64,000 nt of DNA from Nitrospirota bacterium (GTDB lineage: Bacteria > Nitrospirota > UBA9217). Within the stretch, counting starts at the first letter, position 1; each line of letters opens with the position of its first letter. Positions 1 through 10,883 of this stretch are shown here, piece by piece. Both the position numbers and the translations under genes were made by a program. Where the stretch lies: NCBI GenBank assembly GCA_963790205.1, contig CAWBNQ010000005.1:416001-480000 (forward strand). The letters run 5' to 3'. The notes beneath the pieces were generated by a model that saw only the letters and a list, made by a program, of their open reading frames with translations, had not been told where the DNA came from and made no database searches.

Positions 1-2
1 TC

Positions 3-1046
3 GGCAAAAAGGATAAATTTCTCGAAGAAAGGAATTAATGCGGCGAGCTGATTCATTCGTTCCCCGTTTGGCTCCAACGGTGCCGGCGAAGCGAAGGTTG
101 CCGTAAGCGCCCTCATCCCCGTGGGGGCCGCAGTCTCATCATCTCTTGCACTGAAGGACAGCGAGAAGAAGCGTTCCGGATGAGCATAATCGGTAATGCA
201 GAGCACATCGTTCAGCATGCTGACCGGTACAACCTCTTCATGCAGGCCGATACAAAGCATGGTCCCCTGCCGTCGTTGTTCCGTATTCAGAAGCACGGCC
301 TCAGCTTCCAGATGTCCCTGAGGCGTCGAGAGCCCCGCGGTCCGATCGTTTTTCAGGACTATCTCCGAAAGCGGTATTCGGTAATGGATCTCGCCTCCGT
401 TTTTAAGGATCACATCGACCATCTGTTCGGCCAGTTTAATGAAACCGCCGTGGACGGTATGCGGCACGGAATCGCACAGGGTTATGAGAGCGGGCAAGGA
501 AATATCGGCGACGGGCCGGTGATAAAAATAATAGGACTGTACGTCGAGAAATGCCGTCAGCTCCCGGCTGAAGCGATAGCCGTACAAAAACCCCCTGGCG
601 GACCTGTGTCGTGAAAGGTATTCCCAAAAGCGGCTTTTGGCGATCTGGACCGCTTGTCGGCGCAGATCGTGATAAAATTTCGTTATGACGTCGATCTCGC
701 GCGGAAATTCGCGTCTGAGCTCTTCCAGGGTTTCAGACTGTTCGGCGTAGATGGTAATCCGCCGGTCGGGAAGCGCCACCTGATAGCAGGGAGACTGTAT
801 CGACGCATGTTGAGCGATGCCGAGGACCTCGTTGAGCTTCTGGAGGGCTCCCCCGCGCTCGAACCCGAAGGAGAGGGCCGGTCCCGGTGAAAATACAAAT
901 CCATCCTTCTCATGGACAGCGAGGGTGCCGCCTGCTGAGTCGCCCGGTTCAAGGACGATGGTTTTCCTGTTTTTTCTGGATACCAGCGCAGCCGCGGCAA
1001 GTCCGCCGAGACCTGCCCCAACCACTGCCAATTCAAATTTCGGCAC
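3..1046 (-). CDS. FAD/NAD(P)-dependent oxidoreductase, phytoene desaturase (CrtI)-like family; runs off window start
   Basis: Not in ORF track (no stop in window). Translated by hand from GTG at 1046 with GGGAGGG RBS: MPKFELAVVGAGLGGLAAAALVSRKNRKTIVLEPGDSAGG...EKDGFVFSPGP (Rossmann GxGxxG); frame open to window edge. Confidence 0.8.
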   Translation of the reverse strand, partial: MPKFELAVVGAGLGGLAAAALVSRKNRKTIVLEPGDSAGGTLAVHEKDGFVFSPGPALSFGFERGGALQKLNEVLGIAQHASIQSPCYQVALPDRRITIYAEQSETLEELRREFPREIDVITKFYHDLRRQAVQIAKSRFWEYLSRHRSARGFLYGYRFSRELTAFLDVQSYYFYHRPVADISLPALITLCDSVPHTVHGGFIKLAEQMVDVILKNGGEIHYRIPLSEIVLKNDRTAGLSTPQGHLEAEAVLLNTEQRRQGTMLCIGLHEEVVPVSMLNDVLCITDYAHPERFFSLSFSARDDETAAPTGMRALTATFASPAPLEPNGERMNQLAALIPFFEKFILFA

Positions 1047-1063
1047 GATCCCTCCCGTATAAA

Positions 1064-1114
1064 ACGAAAACAAAAAAGGAAATAGGTCATCTCAGAGAGC
1101 TTCCTATTTCCTTT
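1064..1114 (-). terminator. Rho-independent terminator downstream of pnp
   Basis: 12-bp inverted repeat AAAGGAAATAGG (1075-1086)/CCTATTTCCTTT (1103-1114) followed by T-runs on minus strand. Confidence 0.75.
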
Positions 1115-1153
1115 CCTACCTGGTCATTCTTTTCGATGCTGCTGATGATACTA

Positions 1154-3247
1154 TTATGCCTTGGACTTATCCCGCATAGCTTCTTTATGTGACAGGCGGA
1201 TCTTGCCCTGCCGGTCTATCTCGAGCACCTTGACAAGGACCTCGTCGCCTTCCTTGAGCGCATCGGTCACTTTTTCCAACCGCTGGTCGGAGATCTGCGA
1301 TATATGGAGAAGCCCGTCGGTACCGGGGAATATCTCCACAAAGGCGCCGAAGTCCATGATCTTTCTCACCTTGCCCATGTAGACTTTGCCGACCTCGGCG
1401 TCCTGCACGATACCCCGAATGATCTCTTTCGCCTTATTGGCGGCCGCTTCATCCGATGATGCAATATTGATCACACCGCTGTCTTCGATATCGATCTTGG
1501 CTCCGGTCTGTTCAACGATGCTGCGGATCACCTTGCCGCCGCTGCCGATCACGTCCTTGATCTTGTCCGGGTTGATCTGCATGGTGATGATCCGCGGGGC
1601 GAAAGGATTCAGGCTTTTTCTCGGTGCTGCCAGGGCCTCGAGCATTTTACCGAGGATATGCAACCGGCCGTCTTTCGCCTGCCGGAGGGCCGTGCGCATG
1701 ACATCGACCGTGATGCCTTCGATCTTCATGTCCATCTGGAGCGCGGTAATGCCCGTGCTCGTCCCGGTCACTTTGAAATCCATGTCACCGAGATGGTCTT
1801 CAAGACCGAGGATATCGGAAAGGATGATTACTTTGTCGCCTTCCTTGATAAGCCCCATGGCGATACCCGCGACCGGGGACTTGATCGGCACCCCCGCGTC
1901 CATGAGCGAGAGCGTCCCGCCGCAAACGGTGGCCATCGATGATGAACCGTTTGATTCGAGGATGTCCGACACCAGCCTGATGGTGTAAGGGAATTCCAGC
2001 TTCGTGGGAAGCATCGGTTTGAGCGCCCGTTCAGCAAGGGCGCCGTGTCCCACTTCCCGTCTGCCCGGTCCCCGGAGGGGCTTGGTCTCCCCTACGCTGA
2101 AGGGCGGAAAATTATAATGGAGCATGAAGGTCTTATAGTACTCGCCTTCCAGCGAATCGATCCGCTGTTCATCCTCGGACGTTCCAAGGGTGGTAATGAC
2201 CAGCGCCTGCGTTTCGCCGCGCGTAAAAAGCGCTGAACCGTGCGTTCGCGGAAGCATGCCGACCACCGAACTGATCGGCCGGATCTGGTCGGGCTTTCTG
2301 CCGTCAGCGCGTATGTTCTTTTCAAGGATTATTTTACGCACTTCATCTTTTTCAATATTGAAAAAGATCGTTGCTATCTGCCGGCTCCGTGCGGGATCGT
2401 CTTCCTTCTTGAGCTTCTGCTTGATGTCGTCGAGCAGCACATCAAGGGTCTTCTGACGTTCCATTTTATTCGGGATGACAATGGCGGTCAGCAAACGGTC
2501 CATGGCAAGCGCGGCCACTTCCTGAGCAAGGGCGTTGTCGATCTCGACGGTCTTTACGACACGCTTGGCCTTGCCGACCTTGGCTGCGAGCTCGTTCTGC
2601 AATACTACGACCTTCTTGATCTCGCGGTGGGCAATCTCAAGGGCTTCCAGCATCTGGTCTTCGGTCAGCTCATTGGCCCCGCCCTCGACCATCATGATGG
2701 CTTCGGCAGTGCCGGCTACGACCAGATTGAGCCGCGTGGCCTCAAGTTCCTTGTGCCCGGGATTGATGACGAACTTTCCGTCGATATATCCGACCCGCAC
2801 GGCCCCAATAGGTCCATTGAACGGGATATCGGATATGGCGAGAGCAGCAGACGACGCGATCATCCCCATGAGGTCCATGGAGCTCTCATCTCCGATCGAG
2901 AGCACGGAGGCAATGATCTGCGTATCGTAATAGTACCCTTCGGGGAATAACGGCCTGATCGGACGGTCGATGAGCCGGGAGGTCAGTATCTCTTTTTCGC
3001 TTTGACGACCTTCCCGCTTAAAAAACCCCCCGGGGATCCGCCCTGCGGCGTACGCTTTTTCCTGATAATCCACCGTCAACGGGAGAAAATCGACGTTTTC
3101 CCGTTCTACCTTCGAAGCAACGGCCGTTGACAGGACTACGGTGTCACCGTACCTCGCAACGACAGCTCCGTTTGCCTGTTTGGCCATGAGCCCGGTCTCA
3201 AGTATCAACTGCCTGCCGCCTATTTCTGTTTCCACTGTTGTTGCCAT
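1154..3247 (-). CDS. pnp: Polyribonucleotide nucleotidyltransferase (PNPase)
   Basis: RIPGGFFKREGR, RREVGHGALAER, ESNGSSSMATVC, DMDFKVTG, C-terminal KH and S1 domains. Confidence 0.99.
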   Translation of the reverse strand: MATTVETEIGGRQLILETGLMAKQANGAVVARYGDTVVLSTAVASKVERENVDFLPLTVDYQEKAYAAGRIPGGFFKREGRQSEKEILTSRLIDRPIRPLFPEGYYYDTQIIASVLSIGDESSMDLMGMIASSAALAISDIPFNGPIGAVRVGYIDGKFVINPGHKELEATRLNLVVAGTAEAIMMVEGGANELTEDQMLEALEIAHREIKKVVVLQNELAAKVGKAKRVVKTVEIDNALAQEVAALAMDRLLTAIVIPNKMERQKTLDVLLDDIKQKLKKEDDPARSRQIATIFFNIEKDEVRKIILEKNIRADGRKPDQIRPISSVVGMLPRTHGSALFTRGETQALVITTLGTSEDEQRIDSLEGEYYKTFMLHYNFPPFSVGETKPLRGPGRREVGHGALAERALKPMLPTKLEFPYTIRLVSDILESNGSSSMATVCGGTLSLMDAGVPIKSPVAGIAMGLIKEGDKVIILSDILGLEDHLGDMDFKVTGTSTGITALQMDMKIEGITVDVMRTALRQAKDGRLHILGKMLEALAAPRKSLNPFAPRIITMQINPDKIKDVIGSGGKVIRSIVEQTGAKIDIEDSGVINIASSDEAAANKAKEIIRGIVQDAEVGKVYMGKVRKIMDFGAFVEIFPGTDGLLHISQISDQRLEKVTDALKEGDEVLVKVLEIDRQGKIRLSHKEAMRDKSKA

Positions 3248-3278
3248 GAAACCTCACTTTTCCATTATGGTCGTAATG

Positions 3279-3542
3279 CTATTTTCTTATGCCGAGTTGC
3301 TCGATGACCTGACGATAGCGGTCCAGATCGTTTTTCTTCAGATAATCCAAGTGACGACGCCGCTGGCCGACCATCTGCAGGAGACCTCTCCGTGAATGAT
3401 TATCGTGCTTGTGCGCCTGCAGGTGCTCCGTCAGATGGGTGATGCGTCCGCTCAGAAGCGCTATCTGCACTTCCGGCGAGCCTGTATCTGAGGGATGCCT
3501 GCGATACGTATTGATCAGACCTGTTTTCTGTTCCTTATCCAT
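3279..3542 (-). CDS. rpsO: 30S ribosomal protein S15
   Basis: [12 protein letters not shown]...[12 protein letters not shown]; upstream of pnp; GGAGG RBS. Confidence 0.99.
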   Translation of the reverse strand: MDKEQKTGLINTYRRHPSDTGSPEVQIALLSGRITHLTEHLQAHKHDNHSRRGLLQMVGQRRRHLDYLKKNDLDRYRQVIEQLGIRK

Positions 3543-3786
3543 TCAACCGTTCCTCCTTTCTAAAGCATTTTCAAAGCAAGATAAAATATCATAATTTCAG
3601 AATGTTGTAAAGTATTTTATTCGGCCTTTTTCAGTTGCCTTCTGACCGGTAGCGGCCGCTTATTGCTTTTCTGAATGTTTATAACCCTATGCATCTCAAA
3701 TTTATCCTCATAATTCACCCTATCGTGGATATAAGCATAACCATGCCTCATATGACAATTCTGACAAGCATCTGAACAAGAAAGAT

Positions 3787-5424
3787 TCACAGAGCTCTCC
3801 TGCCCATTTTTTCAAGAGCTCGGTCGCGATAATAGGAGGCCTCCCAATATAATGGGTCCAATGCAATTGTCTTTTCAAAATCAGCAATTGCCTGGTCAAA
3901 CTTGCCCGTTTTATAAAAAGCCAAACCACGACAATAATAGGCCGTACTATCTCCCGGGCTCAGTTCGATGGCCTTATTGAAGTCTGCAATTGCCTTGTCA
4001 AACTGACCGGTATCACTTAAATATACGCCCCGATTATTATAGGCAACGGGCGCCCTTTCAGGCTCCTTCTCAATAACGCGTGTCCATAAATCAAGGCTGT
4101 TTTTCCATATGGCTATCTGCCTGACGGTCAGATATGACAGGGAAACGGTCACAAACAGTGCAAGGATGACGCTGAAAACCTTAATAGGAAGGCCCCACTT
4201 TTTTGAGGAACTCGAGTTTCCCGATATCCATGCCAGTACAACCCCCATGCCGAGAAATGGTCCAATGCTCGGCAGATAACTATATCTATCTGCCATTGCT
4301 TGTCCGCCGACCTGAACAATGCCTATCACGGGAAACAAAGTTATAACAAAATAACTCCAAATCGACAGCCATAACTTCTGTTTGCGAGCAACACCGATAC
4401 AGAGTATGGTAATCCCTATCACAAGAAAAATGGGCACGATAAACCTTGGCAATAAGATGAATATATATCTTGGATAAGGATAATAGGGGACGAGATCCAG
4501 AGGCAGGATCAGCTTCCAAAGATACTCGATAAGTGATTTGGAAGCGACAATCAACCTCCCCGGCAACGGCACAAGCTCGTTCAGTTTCATGGCACTCCCT
4601 GTTCTTTGTGCCAGGATAGTCAGTATCGATGACATAAAACTGAATATAAAGAAGGGTAGTTTCTCGAGGAAAACAGGCCACAACATTTTTAAAGACCGGA
4701 TCCTCTTAAAGGGATACCAGTCTAAGATCAACAGGACAAAGGGAAGGCTTACCGCCATCGGTTTGCTCAGCAGGGCAAGAATAAATAATCCGAGAGAAAG
4801 CAGGTACTGCCTGTTGAAGAATCGCAGTTTTGCATTTTTTTGAACTGTTTCCTTAACTGCGAAACTCGCATACTTTGCGTACGCCATGACACTGAGCAGG
4901 AAAAACAGGGCGCAAAGAAGATCTTTTCTTTCCGCAACCCATGCAACTGATTCCACATGCACAGGATGAAGTCCGAACAATAGACCTGTCACCCCTCCTG
5001 TAATAAGGAGCGACCGGTCATCCTGAAATACCTTCTGTATATGAGTTGTCGTATTCCGCTTCCATGCCTCCACAAGCCTTGTAGCCAGAACTACAACAAG
5101 AAAGGTGTTTATCGCATGGAGGAGATTGTTGGTCAGGTGATGTCCCATGGGATTCAATCCCCAGAAAGCGTAATCGAGACCATGGGATATCCAGGTAAGG
5201 GGGTGCCAGTTGCTTGCATAGAAATCAAAAAATGCCCATTTGAAAAAAACTACATTAAATGAGCGTATATAGGGATTCTGAAAAACATAAGCGTCATCGT
5301 CCCAATTAATAAAATCATGATGAAGGGTCGAGCTGTAGACTGCAAAAGTTATCAGAGCAGCTGCAGCAGCAAGATAATATGTCAATTTCTGTGATCTACT
5401 CACTTTTAATCTCCGCCATCTCAA
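3787..5424 (-). CDS. TMTC-like multi-TM GT-C-type glycosyltransferase with C-terminal TPR repeats
   Basis: NWDD motif after first TM, WHPLTW, HPVHVESVAWVAERKD, LSKPMAV, MADRYSYLP, C-terminal TPRs (AYNNRG...AIADFNKAIEL); start uncertain. Confidence 0.85.
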   Translation of the reverse strand: MRWRRLKVSRSQKLTYYLAAAAALITFAVYSSTLHHDFINWDDDAYVFQNPYIRSFNVVFFKWAFFDFYASNWHPLTWISHGLDYAFWGLNPMGHHLTNNLLHAINTFLVVVLATRLVEAWKRNTTTHIQKVFQDDRSLLITGGVTGLLFGLHPVHVESVAWVAERKDLLCALFFLLSVMAYAKYASFAVKETVQKNAKLRFFNRQYLLSLGLFILALLSKPMAVSLPFVLLILDWYPFKRIRSLKMLWPVFLEKLPFFIFSFMSSILTILAQRTGSAMKLNELVPLPGRLIVASKSLIEYLWKLILPLDLVPYYPYPRYIFILLPRFIVPIFLVIGITILCIGVARKQKLWLSIWSYFVITLFPVIGIVQVGGQAMADRYSYLPSIGPFLGMGVVLAWISGNSSSSKKWGLPIKVFSVILALFVTVSLSYLTVRQIAIWKNSLDLWTRVIEKEPERAPVAYNNRGVYLSDTGQFDKAIADFNKAIELSPGDSTAYYCRGLAFYKTGKFDQAIADFEKTIALDPLYWEASYYRDRALEKMGRRAL

Positions 5425-5559
5425 GAAAGCGACCTGCCATTACCTTCTTCAACGCTACGACAAGGCCGGCCCTGCTATTCAGAATAAGATCGTTGAAATG
5501 GTGCTATGCTGATGCTCTCCTCGCTCGCAGTCTGCAATTGTCTTATTTTCCGGAATGAT

Positions 5560-6462
5560 TCATCCTGACCTGTCCTCTTTTGAAAAAACGAGTTCCGGAC
5601 GGAGTTCGCTGCCGACAGTCTGCGCCAGGGCCAGCAGACTCCCCGATCGGTCATGGATGCGGATAAGTCCGGCCCTCTCCTCGGAAATGGGAGATGTCGG
5701 CAACAGAATCCGCCCTCCATGCAGTATTTTCGCCGCATCAGTGTCTGCGACCGAAAGTTCGGGGAAATCAGCCAGAGCCTCATCCAGCGAAACGAGGACC
5801 CGATCGAGAGTGCCGGCGGCTGCGGCATCGGTAAGTTGGTCGAGGGTGATCGATCGGTCGATGGCGAAGCGGCCGGAACGCGTCCGCACGAGACCTGTAA
5901 GGTGCGCACCCGGACCGAGGACATCCCCCAGGTCGGAGCACAGTGTCCGAATGTATACGCCCTTGGAACACTTCACGGTGAGGCTTACCAGAGGATCTTC
6001 ATAGGCCGTAAGATCGATGTCATAGATCGTGACCTGCCGGGGCTCGAGCGGTTTCGCCTTGCCCTGTCGGGCAAGCTTGTACGATGCTACCCCTTTGACT
6101 TTGATCGCCGAATACGCCGGCGGCCGCTGCATGATCGTGCCGATAAAATTCTTCAGAGCATGAAGCAATTGTGGACGGTCCGGCGGGCTGTATGACCGCG
6201 TCTCAAGCACCCGGCCTTCAGCATCAAGGGTATCGGTGGTCACACCGAGACGCATGACTGCTTTATATTCCTTCTCTCCTGCCTCGAGATAGCGTGCGAT
6301 CCTCGTCGCCTTGCCCGTGCAGAGAACGAGAACACCGGTGGCCAAGGGGTCGAGCGTGCCGGTATGGCCCACCCGCATTTCCCTGGTGATCCGGCGTACG
6401 GCCTGCACCACATCGTGCGAGGTCATGCCCGCCGGCTTATTGATGTTAAGGACGCCATCCAT
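5560..6462 (-). CDS. truB: tRNA pseudouridine(55) synthase
   Basis: NKPAGMTSHDVV, GHTGTLDPLATGVL, CSKGVYIRTL. Confidence 0.98.
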   Translation of the reverse strand: MDGVLNINKPAGMTSHDVVQAVRRITREMRVGHTGTLDPLATGVLVLCTGKATRIARYLEAGEKEYKAVMRLGVTTDTLDAEGRVLETRSYSPPDRPQLLHALKNFIGTIMQRPPAYSAIKVKGVASYKLARQGKAKPLEPRQVTIYDIDLTAYEDPLVSLTVKCSKGVYIRTLCSDLGDVLGPGAHLTGLVRTRSGRFAIDRSITLDQLTDAAAAGTLDRVLVSLDEALADFPELSVADTDAAKILHGGRILLPTSPISEERAGLIRIHDRSGSLLALAQTVGSELRPELVFSKEDRSG

Positions 6463-7439
6463 CAAGAGGAGCGCTTCAGCTGCGTTTCAACGGCCTTGTT
6501 CACCGCGTCAATGACCCGTTTCTTGACTTCATCAAGCGTGCCGTCCACCACGCTGCCGGCGGCGTTTTTATGCCCCCCGCCGCCGAGCGATTGCGCCAGG
6601 CCCGAGAGATCGACCCGCCCTTTGGAACGGAGACTTATCTTGTACTGCGAGGCCGCCGTCTGCCTGAACAGGATGGCGACTTCCACGCCCTTCGTGGACC
6701 GGACGAAGTTGACGAAGTTTTCCGTGTCTTCAGCGGTCGCGCCGAATTGCCGGTAGAGTTTCTCGGTTATCACGACCCAAGCGAGCTTGCCGTCATCACT
6801 TCGCTCCATGCCGGCCAAGACATTGCCGAGCAGTTTTATTCTCCGGTAAGCAAAAGACTCATAAACATGCTCGGTCACAAGCCAGGGGTCGGCGCCGGCT
6901 TCGATGAGTTCCGCGGCCATCCGCATACTCTTCGGCGTGGTGTTCGAATACCGGAAGGAGCCCGTATCCGTGAAGATGGCGGTGTACAGGCAGAGAGCGA
7001 TCTCGCGGTCCATGGGAACGCCGAGCCGCTGAATGAGCTCGTAGACCATCTCTCCCGTTGCCGAAGCCGCAGGATCGAGCCATGTCAGGGGCCACTCGGC
7101 AGGATTGGTAATATGGTGATCGATGTTTATGCGGATATCCGCAGGATAGTTCCCGTCAAACAAGCCGGTACGGGGAGGATCGGCATCAAGAACCAGAATA
7201 GCGTCGTACCGGCCCTCAACCGCGCTTCCTGTTCTGATCCTGGACGAAGCCGGCAAAAAGCGGTAGAGCTCGGGTACCGGATCGATGTTCTGCGCAACAA
7301 CCGTTTTGTTCGACTTTTCGAGGGCGAGCATGAGCGCGAGCTGGGAACCAAGCGCGTCCCCGTCGGGATTCTTGTGCACCGAAATCAGGATGCGGCTGCA
7401 TCTCCGCAGCGCTGCTATGATGTCGGCAGGCTCATTCAT
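6462..7439 (-). CDS. nrnA: DHH/DHHA1 phosphoesterase (NrnA-like oligoribonuclease/PAP phosphatase)
   Basis: HKNPDGDALGS, NIDHH, TDTGSF, GGGGHKNAAG; start moved to ATG at 7439 overlapping rbfA end. Confidence 0.93.
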   Translation of the reverse strand: MNEPADIIAALRRCSRILISVHKNPDGDALGSQLALMLALEKSNKTVVAQNIDPVPELYRFLPASSRIRTGSAVEGRYDAILVLDADPPRTGLFDGNYPADIRINIDHHITNPAEWPLTWLDPAASATGEMVYELIQRLGVPMDREIALCLYTAIFTDTGSFRYSNTTPKSMRMAAELIEAGADPWLVTEHVYESFAYRRIKLLGNVLAGMERSDDGKLAWVVITEKLYRQFGATAEDTENFVNFVRSTKGVEVAILFRQTAASQYKISLRSKGRVDLSGLAQSLGGGGHKNAAGSVVDGTLDEVKKRVIDAVNKAVETQLKRSS

Positions 7440-7806
7440 CCCCGGTGTCTTTTTTTTCTTTTTTTTCTTCGATAGTGCGCAGAAGCTCCATGATGTGCGC
7501 CCCCTGTTCCACGGTTCCGTCAAAACGGAAGAGGATTTCAGGCACGAACCTCATCCGCATGCGCTTGCCGAGTTCCGACCGGATAAACGGCGCGGCGCTC
7601 TTCAAGCCTTTGAGCGAAGCTTCTTTATCACCCCCGTAAACGCTTACAAAGACCTTCGCGTTCCGCAGGTCGTCAGCCACCTCGACGTCGGTCACGGTGA
7701 CGAAACCGATCCTCGGGTCCTTTATCTTGCGCATGAGGATATCGGCGATCTCCTGCTTCATTTGATCGCTGACCCGTTCTGCTCGTTTGAATGTGGGCTT
7801 TGACAT
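7432..7806 (-). CDS. rbfA: Ribosome-binding factor A
   Basis: KDPRIGFVTVTDVEV...DLRNAKVFVS...RFVPEILFRFD; infB operon. Confidence 0.98.
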   Translation of the reverse strand: MSKPTFKRAERVSDQMKQEIADILMRKIKDPRIGFVTVTDVEVADDLRNAKVFVSVYGGDKEASLKGLKSAAPFIRSELGKRMRMRFVPEILFRFDGTVEQGAHIMELLRTIEEKKEKKDTGDE

Positions 7807-7816
7807 GGGAATAACC

Positions 7817-7880
7817 GGGGCAAGGGAGACAAACAGGACAGCTCTTGCGCCTCTCTCTGCTTCGCCCTTGTCTCCCCTCT
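7817..7880. repeat. Imperfect intergenic palindrome (purine-rich arm / pyrimidine-rich arm)
   Basis: GGGGCAAGGGAGACAA ... TTCGCCCTTGTCTCCCC between DUF503 and rbfA. Confidence 0.45.
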
Positions 7881-7892
7881 ATTATTTATCCT

Positions 7893-8174
7893 TCAAAAAA
7901 TTTCTATATAATAATCCAGCAGGCTCAGCTCGGGCACGGCACGGACCATGTTCAGCACATGATCCATGGTCTGGTTGAGGTGGGATTTATCGTTGCTCAC
8001 GGCGGCTACTGCGAGGGACGCCTTCTGCCAGAGATCGTTGTCCGCGACCTCGGCGACCGAGACATTGAACTTGTTGTGTATCCTGTCTTTCAGACTGCGC
8101 AGCGATTGTCTCTTGGTTTTCAGCGACCCGCTGTCAGGAACATGTATTTCAATATGACAGACGCCGATAAACAT
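7893..8174 (-). CDS. DUF503 (YlxP-like) protein
   Basis: SLKTKRQ...KFNVSVAEVADNDLWQKA; canonical position between infB and rbfA. Confidence 0.92.
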   Translation of the reverse strand: MFIGVCHIEIHVPDSGSLKTKRQSLRSLKDRIHNKFNVSVAEVADNDLWQKASLAVAAVSNDKSHLNQTMDHVLNMVRAVPELSLLDYYIEIF

Positions 8175-8205
8175 AGTTGCTGCCGAATCATAATTGAGCG
8201 TTTGC

Positions 8206-10833
8206 CTACAGTTTTGCCGCGACCTTTTCGATCACGTAGGCCTCGATGACATCTCCGACCTTGATGTCGTTGAAATTCTCCACCCCGAGACCGCATTCGT
8301 AGCCCGCCTGCACTTCGCGCACGTCATCTTTGAACCGCTTGAGCGAGTGAAGCTTCCCTTCATAAACAAGCACATTGTCCCGGAGCACCCGCACGCCGTC
8401 CGACTGCCTCGTCATGACCCCTTCGAGGACGTATGATCCCGCGATCGTGCCGATCTTCGATACGTGGAAGGTCTGGCGTACTTCGGCGCGGCCGAGCACT
8501 TTTTCCTTAAGGGTCGGCTCGAGCAGGCCCTCCATCGCGGCCTTGATGTCGTCGATCGCGTTGTAGATGATATTGTAGAGCCTGATGTCGACACCCTCGC
8601 GCTGCGCGAGTTCGGTACCCTTGGGCTCGGGCCTGACGTTAAACCCGATGATGATGGCGTTCGAGGCGGCCGCGAGCATAACATCGGTCTCCGTGATCGC
8701 GCCGACCGAGCTGTGGATAACCTTGAGCTTGACCGCGGCTGTCGAAAGCTTTTCGAGCGAATCCACGATGGCCCCTGCCGATCCCGACACATCCGCCTTG
8801 ATAACGATGTTGAGTTCCTTCACCATGCCTTCCTGGATCTGGGCATGGAGGTCTTCAAGCGTGACTTTCTTCATCGAGGCCATTTCCGAGGACCGCTGTT
8901 TGGCCTGCCGAAGCTCGGCTATCTGCCGGGCCTTGCGTTCTTCTTCGAGCACCACAAAACGTTCTCCCGCAAGAGGAACGCTGGAAAAACCGATGACTTC
9001 TGCCGGCATGGACGGTCCGGCGCTTTCTACCCGGGCTCCCTTGTCGTTAATGAGCGCCCGCACCTTTCCAAACTGGGCGCCGGTCACAAAGAAATCTCCG
9101 ACCTTCAAGGTGCCGGACTGGACGAGCACCGTTGCTACCGGGCCGCGGCCCTTGTCCAGCTTAGCCTCGATGACCGTACCGCGCGCCATCTTGTTGGGAT
9201 TCGCTTTCAGTTCGAGCACGTCTGCCTGAATAAGGATCATCTCGAGCAGGTGCTCCAAGCCGATCTTTTTCTTGGCCGAGACCTCGCAAAAGATGGTCTG
9301 GCCTCCCCATTCTTCCGGGGTAAGTTCGAACTCCGCAAGTTCCTGTTTGACCCGGTCCGGCTTGGCCTCGGGCTTGTCGATCTTGTTGATGGCCACGATG
9401 ATCGGCACCCCCGCCGCCTTGGCGTGGCTGACCGCTTCTCTCGTTTGCGGCATAACGCCGTCATCGGCGGCAACAACAAGGATGACGATATCCGTCACCT
9501 GAGCTCCCCGCGCGCGCATTGCGGTAAAGGCCGCGTGTCCCGGCGTGTCAAGAAAGGAAATGTCCCTTCCCTTGAGGCTCACCTGGTAGGCGCCGATATG
9601 CTGCGTGATTCCGCCGGCCTCTTTCGAGACCACGTTTGTCTCGCGGATCGAGTCCAGAAGCGACGTCTTGCCGTGGTCCACATGTCCCATGATCGTGACC
9701 ACCGGCGGCCGCGCCACCATGGCCTCGGCCTCATCGGTCTTCTCCTCGAGAACGTCCTCGGCGGATTCGATGCTGGCGACCTCAGCCTTGATCCCGTACT
9801 CCTCAGCCATGAGTATGGCCGCGTCCATGTCCATGGCCTGGTTCTGCGTAGCCATGACTCCCATGGTCATGAGTTTTTTGATCACATCGCCGACTTTCTG
9901 GCCTATGACCTCGGCAAACTCTTTTATGGTACAGCCTTCCTGTATCTTGACTACTTTTCTCCGGGGCTTCGTGATCTCAGCGACGTCGGTCTGCGGAGCG
10001 TGCTTGTCGTCTTTTTTATGCGGTCTCTTGCCGGCGGGAAGCGTTTTGAGGTCCGGAAGCTTTTTGAACGTCGGCTTTTCCCGGAATTCACGTTCCTGCT
10101 TCTGCTCAAATTCCGTTTTCTTCTGCCACTTTTTCTTGGATACCTTGCCCGGTGCGGGAACCATGGACGGCGGCACTTGGGAAGGCTCGAGCACGGGTGA
10201 ACCGAAGGTCGGCCTCCCGAACGGCCGCGCCGCCGGACGCTGACCCGCGCCACCCGGTCTCTGGAAGCCCTGCTGGGGTCTGCCTGCCGGCGCCTGGCCG
10301 GGCCGCATCGTTGATACGGGCCGCATCGCTGGTGTAGGCCGCTGATTCTGAATGGCTGCAGCTGGTTGCGCTGCTGCGACAGAAGAAGCAGGAGTTACCG
10401 GAGCCGGGGACGGCGCCGCAGCCGCTGTTTCGGGCTCGACAGGCTGTGCCGGCTTTGGCTTCCCGGACGAAGGAGGAATAACGGGGGGCGCAGGAATCAC
10501 CGGTTTCGGAAGCGGTGGTGGAATAGGTTTCGGTTTTGTTCCGGGTTTTTCGAGCGTTGAGGAAAATTTTCCTATCAACGCTGCCGCTTTTCTCAACCGT
10601 TCTTCCTTCAAAACAACCGCCTCTGCGGCGGGATCTTTTTCTTTTTTGACCTTCTCTTTTTCTTTTACTTTGCGGACAGCCTTCAGCTTTTCGATCAGGG
10701 ACTTGGTCTCTTTGTCATCAAGACCGCTGGACGGAGTTTTCTCCTTGATCCCCATTTTTTCGAGCACCGAGATGAGGTCTTTGCTCTCCATTCCCATTTT
10801 TTTAGCAAGTTCATGCACCCTGATCACGGTCAT
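8206..10833 (-). CDS. infB: Translation initiation factor IF-2
   Basis: IRVHELAK N-terminus, Pro/Ala-rich linker, [37 protein letters not shown]. Confidence 0.99.
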   Translation of the reverse strand: MTVIRVHELAKKMGMESKDLISVLEKMGIKEKTPSSGLDDKETKSLIEKLKAVRKVKEKEKVKKEKDPAAEAVVLKEERLRKAAALIGKFSSTLEKPGTKPKPIPPPLPKPVIPAPPVIPPSSGKPKPAQPVEPETAAAAPSPAPVTPASSVAAAQPAAAIQNQRPTPAMRPVSTMRPGQAPAGRPQQGFQRPGGAGQRPAARPFGRPTFGSPVLEPSQVPPSMVPAPGKVSKKKWQKKTEFEQKQEREFREKPTFKKLPDLKTLPAGKRPHKKDDKHAPQTDVAEITKPRRKVVKIQEGCTIKEFAEVIGQKVGDVIKKLMTMGVMATQNQAMDMDAAILMAEEYGIKAEVASIESAEDVLEEKTDEAEAMVARPPVVTIMGHVDHGKTSLLDSIRETNVVSKEAGGITQHIGAYQVSLKGRDISFLDTPGHAAFTAMRARGAQVTDIVILVVAADDGVMPQTREAVSHAKAAGVPIIVAINKIDKPEAKPDRVKQELAEFELTPEEWGGQTIFCEVSAKKKIGLEHLLEMILIQADVLELKANPNKMARGTVIEAKLDKGRGPVATVLVQSGTLKVGDFFVTGAQFGKVRALINDKGARVESAGPSMPAEVIGFSSVPLAGERFVVLEEERKARQIAELRQAKQRSSEMASMKKVTLEDLHAQIQEGMVKELNIVIKADVSGSAGAIVDSLEKLSTAAVKLKVIHSSVGAITETDVMLAAASNAIIIGFNVRPEPKGTELAQREGVDIRLYNIIYNAIDDIKAAMEGLLEPTLKEKVLGRAEVRQTFHVSKIGTIAGSYVLEGVMTRQSDGVRVLRDNVLVYEGKLHSLKRFKDDVREVQAGYECGLGVENFNDIKVGDVIEAYVIEKVAAKL

Positions 10834-10883
10834 AAAAACGTGTACCCCCAAAAGTTGCGGCAGATAAGATAAAATATTTTACT

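Noticed and set aside
8464..10200. Long antisense ORFs (578 aa opposite infB, 452 aa opposite nusA, 518 aa opposite hemA, 511 aa opposite pilB and others)
   Set aside because: Shadow frames of GC-rich codon-biased genes; no motifs or RBS
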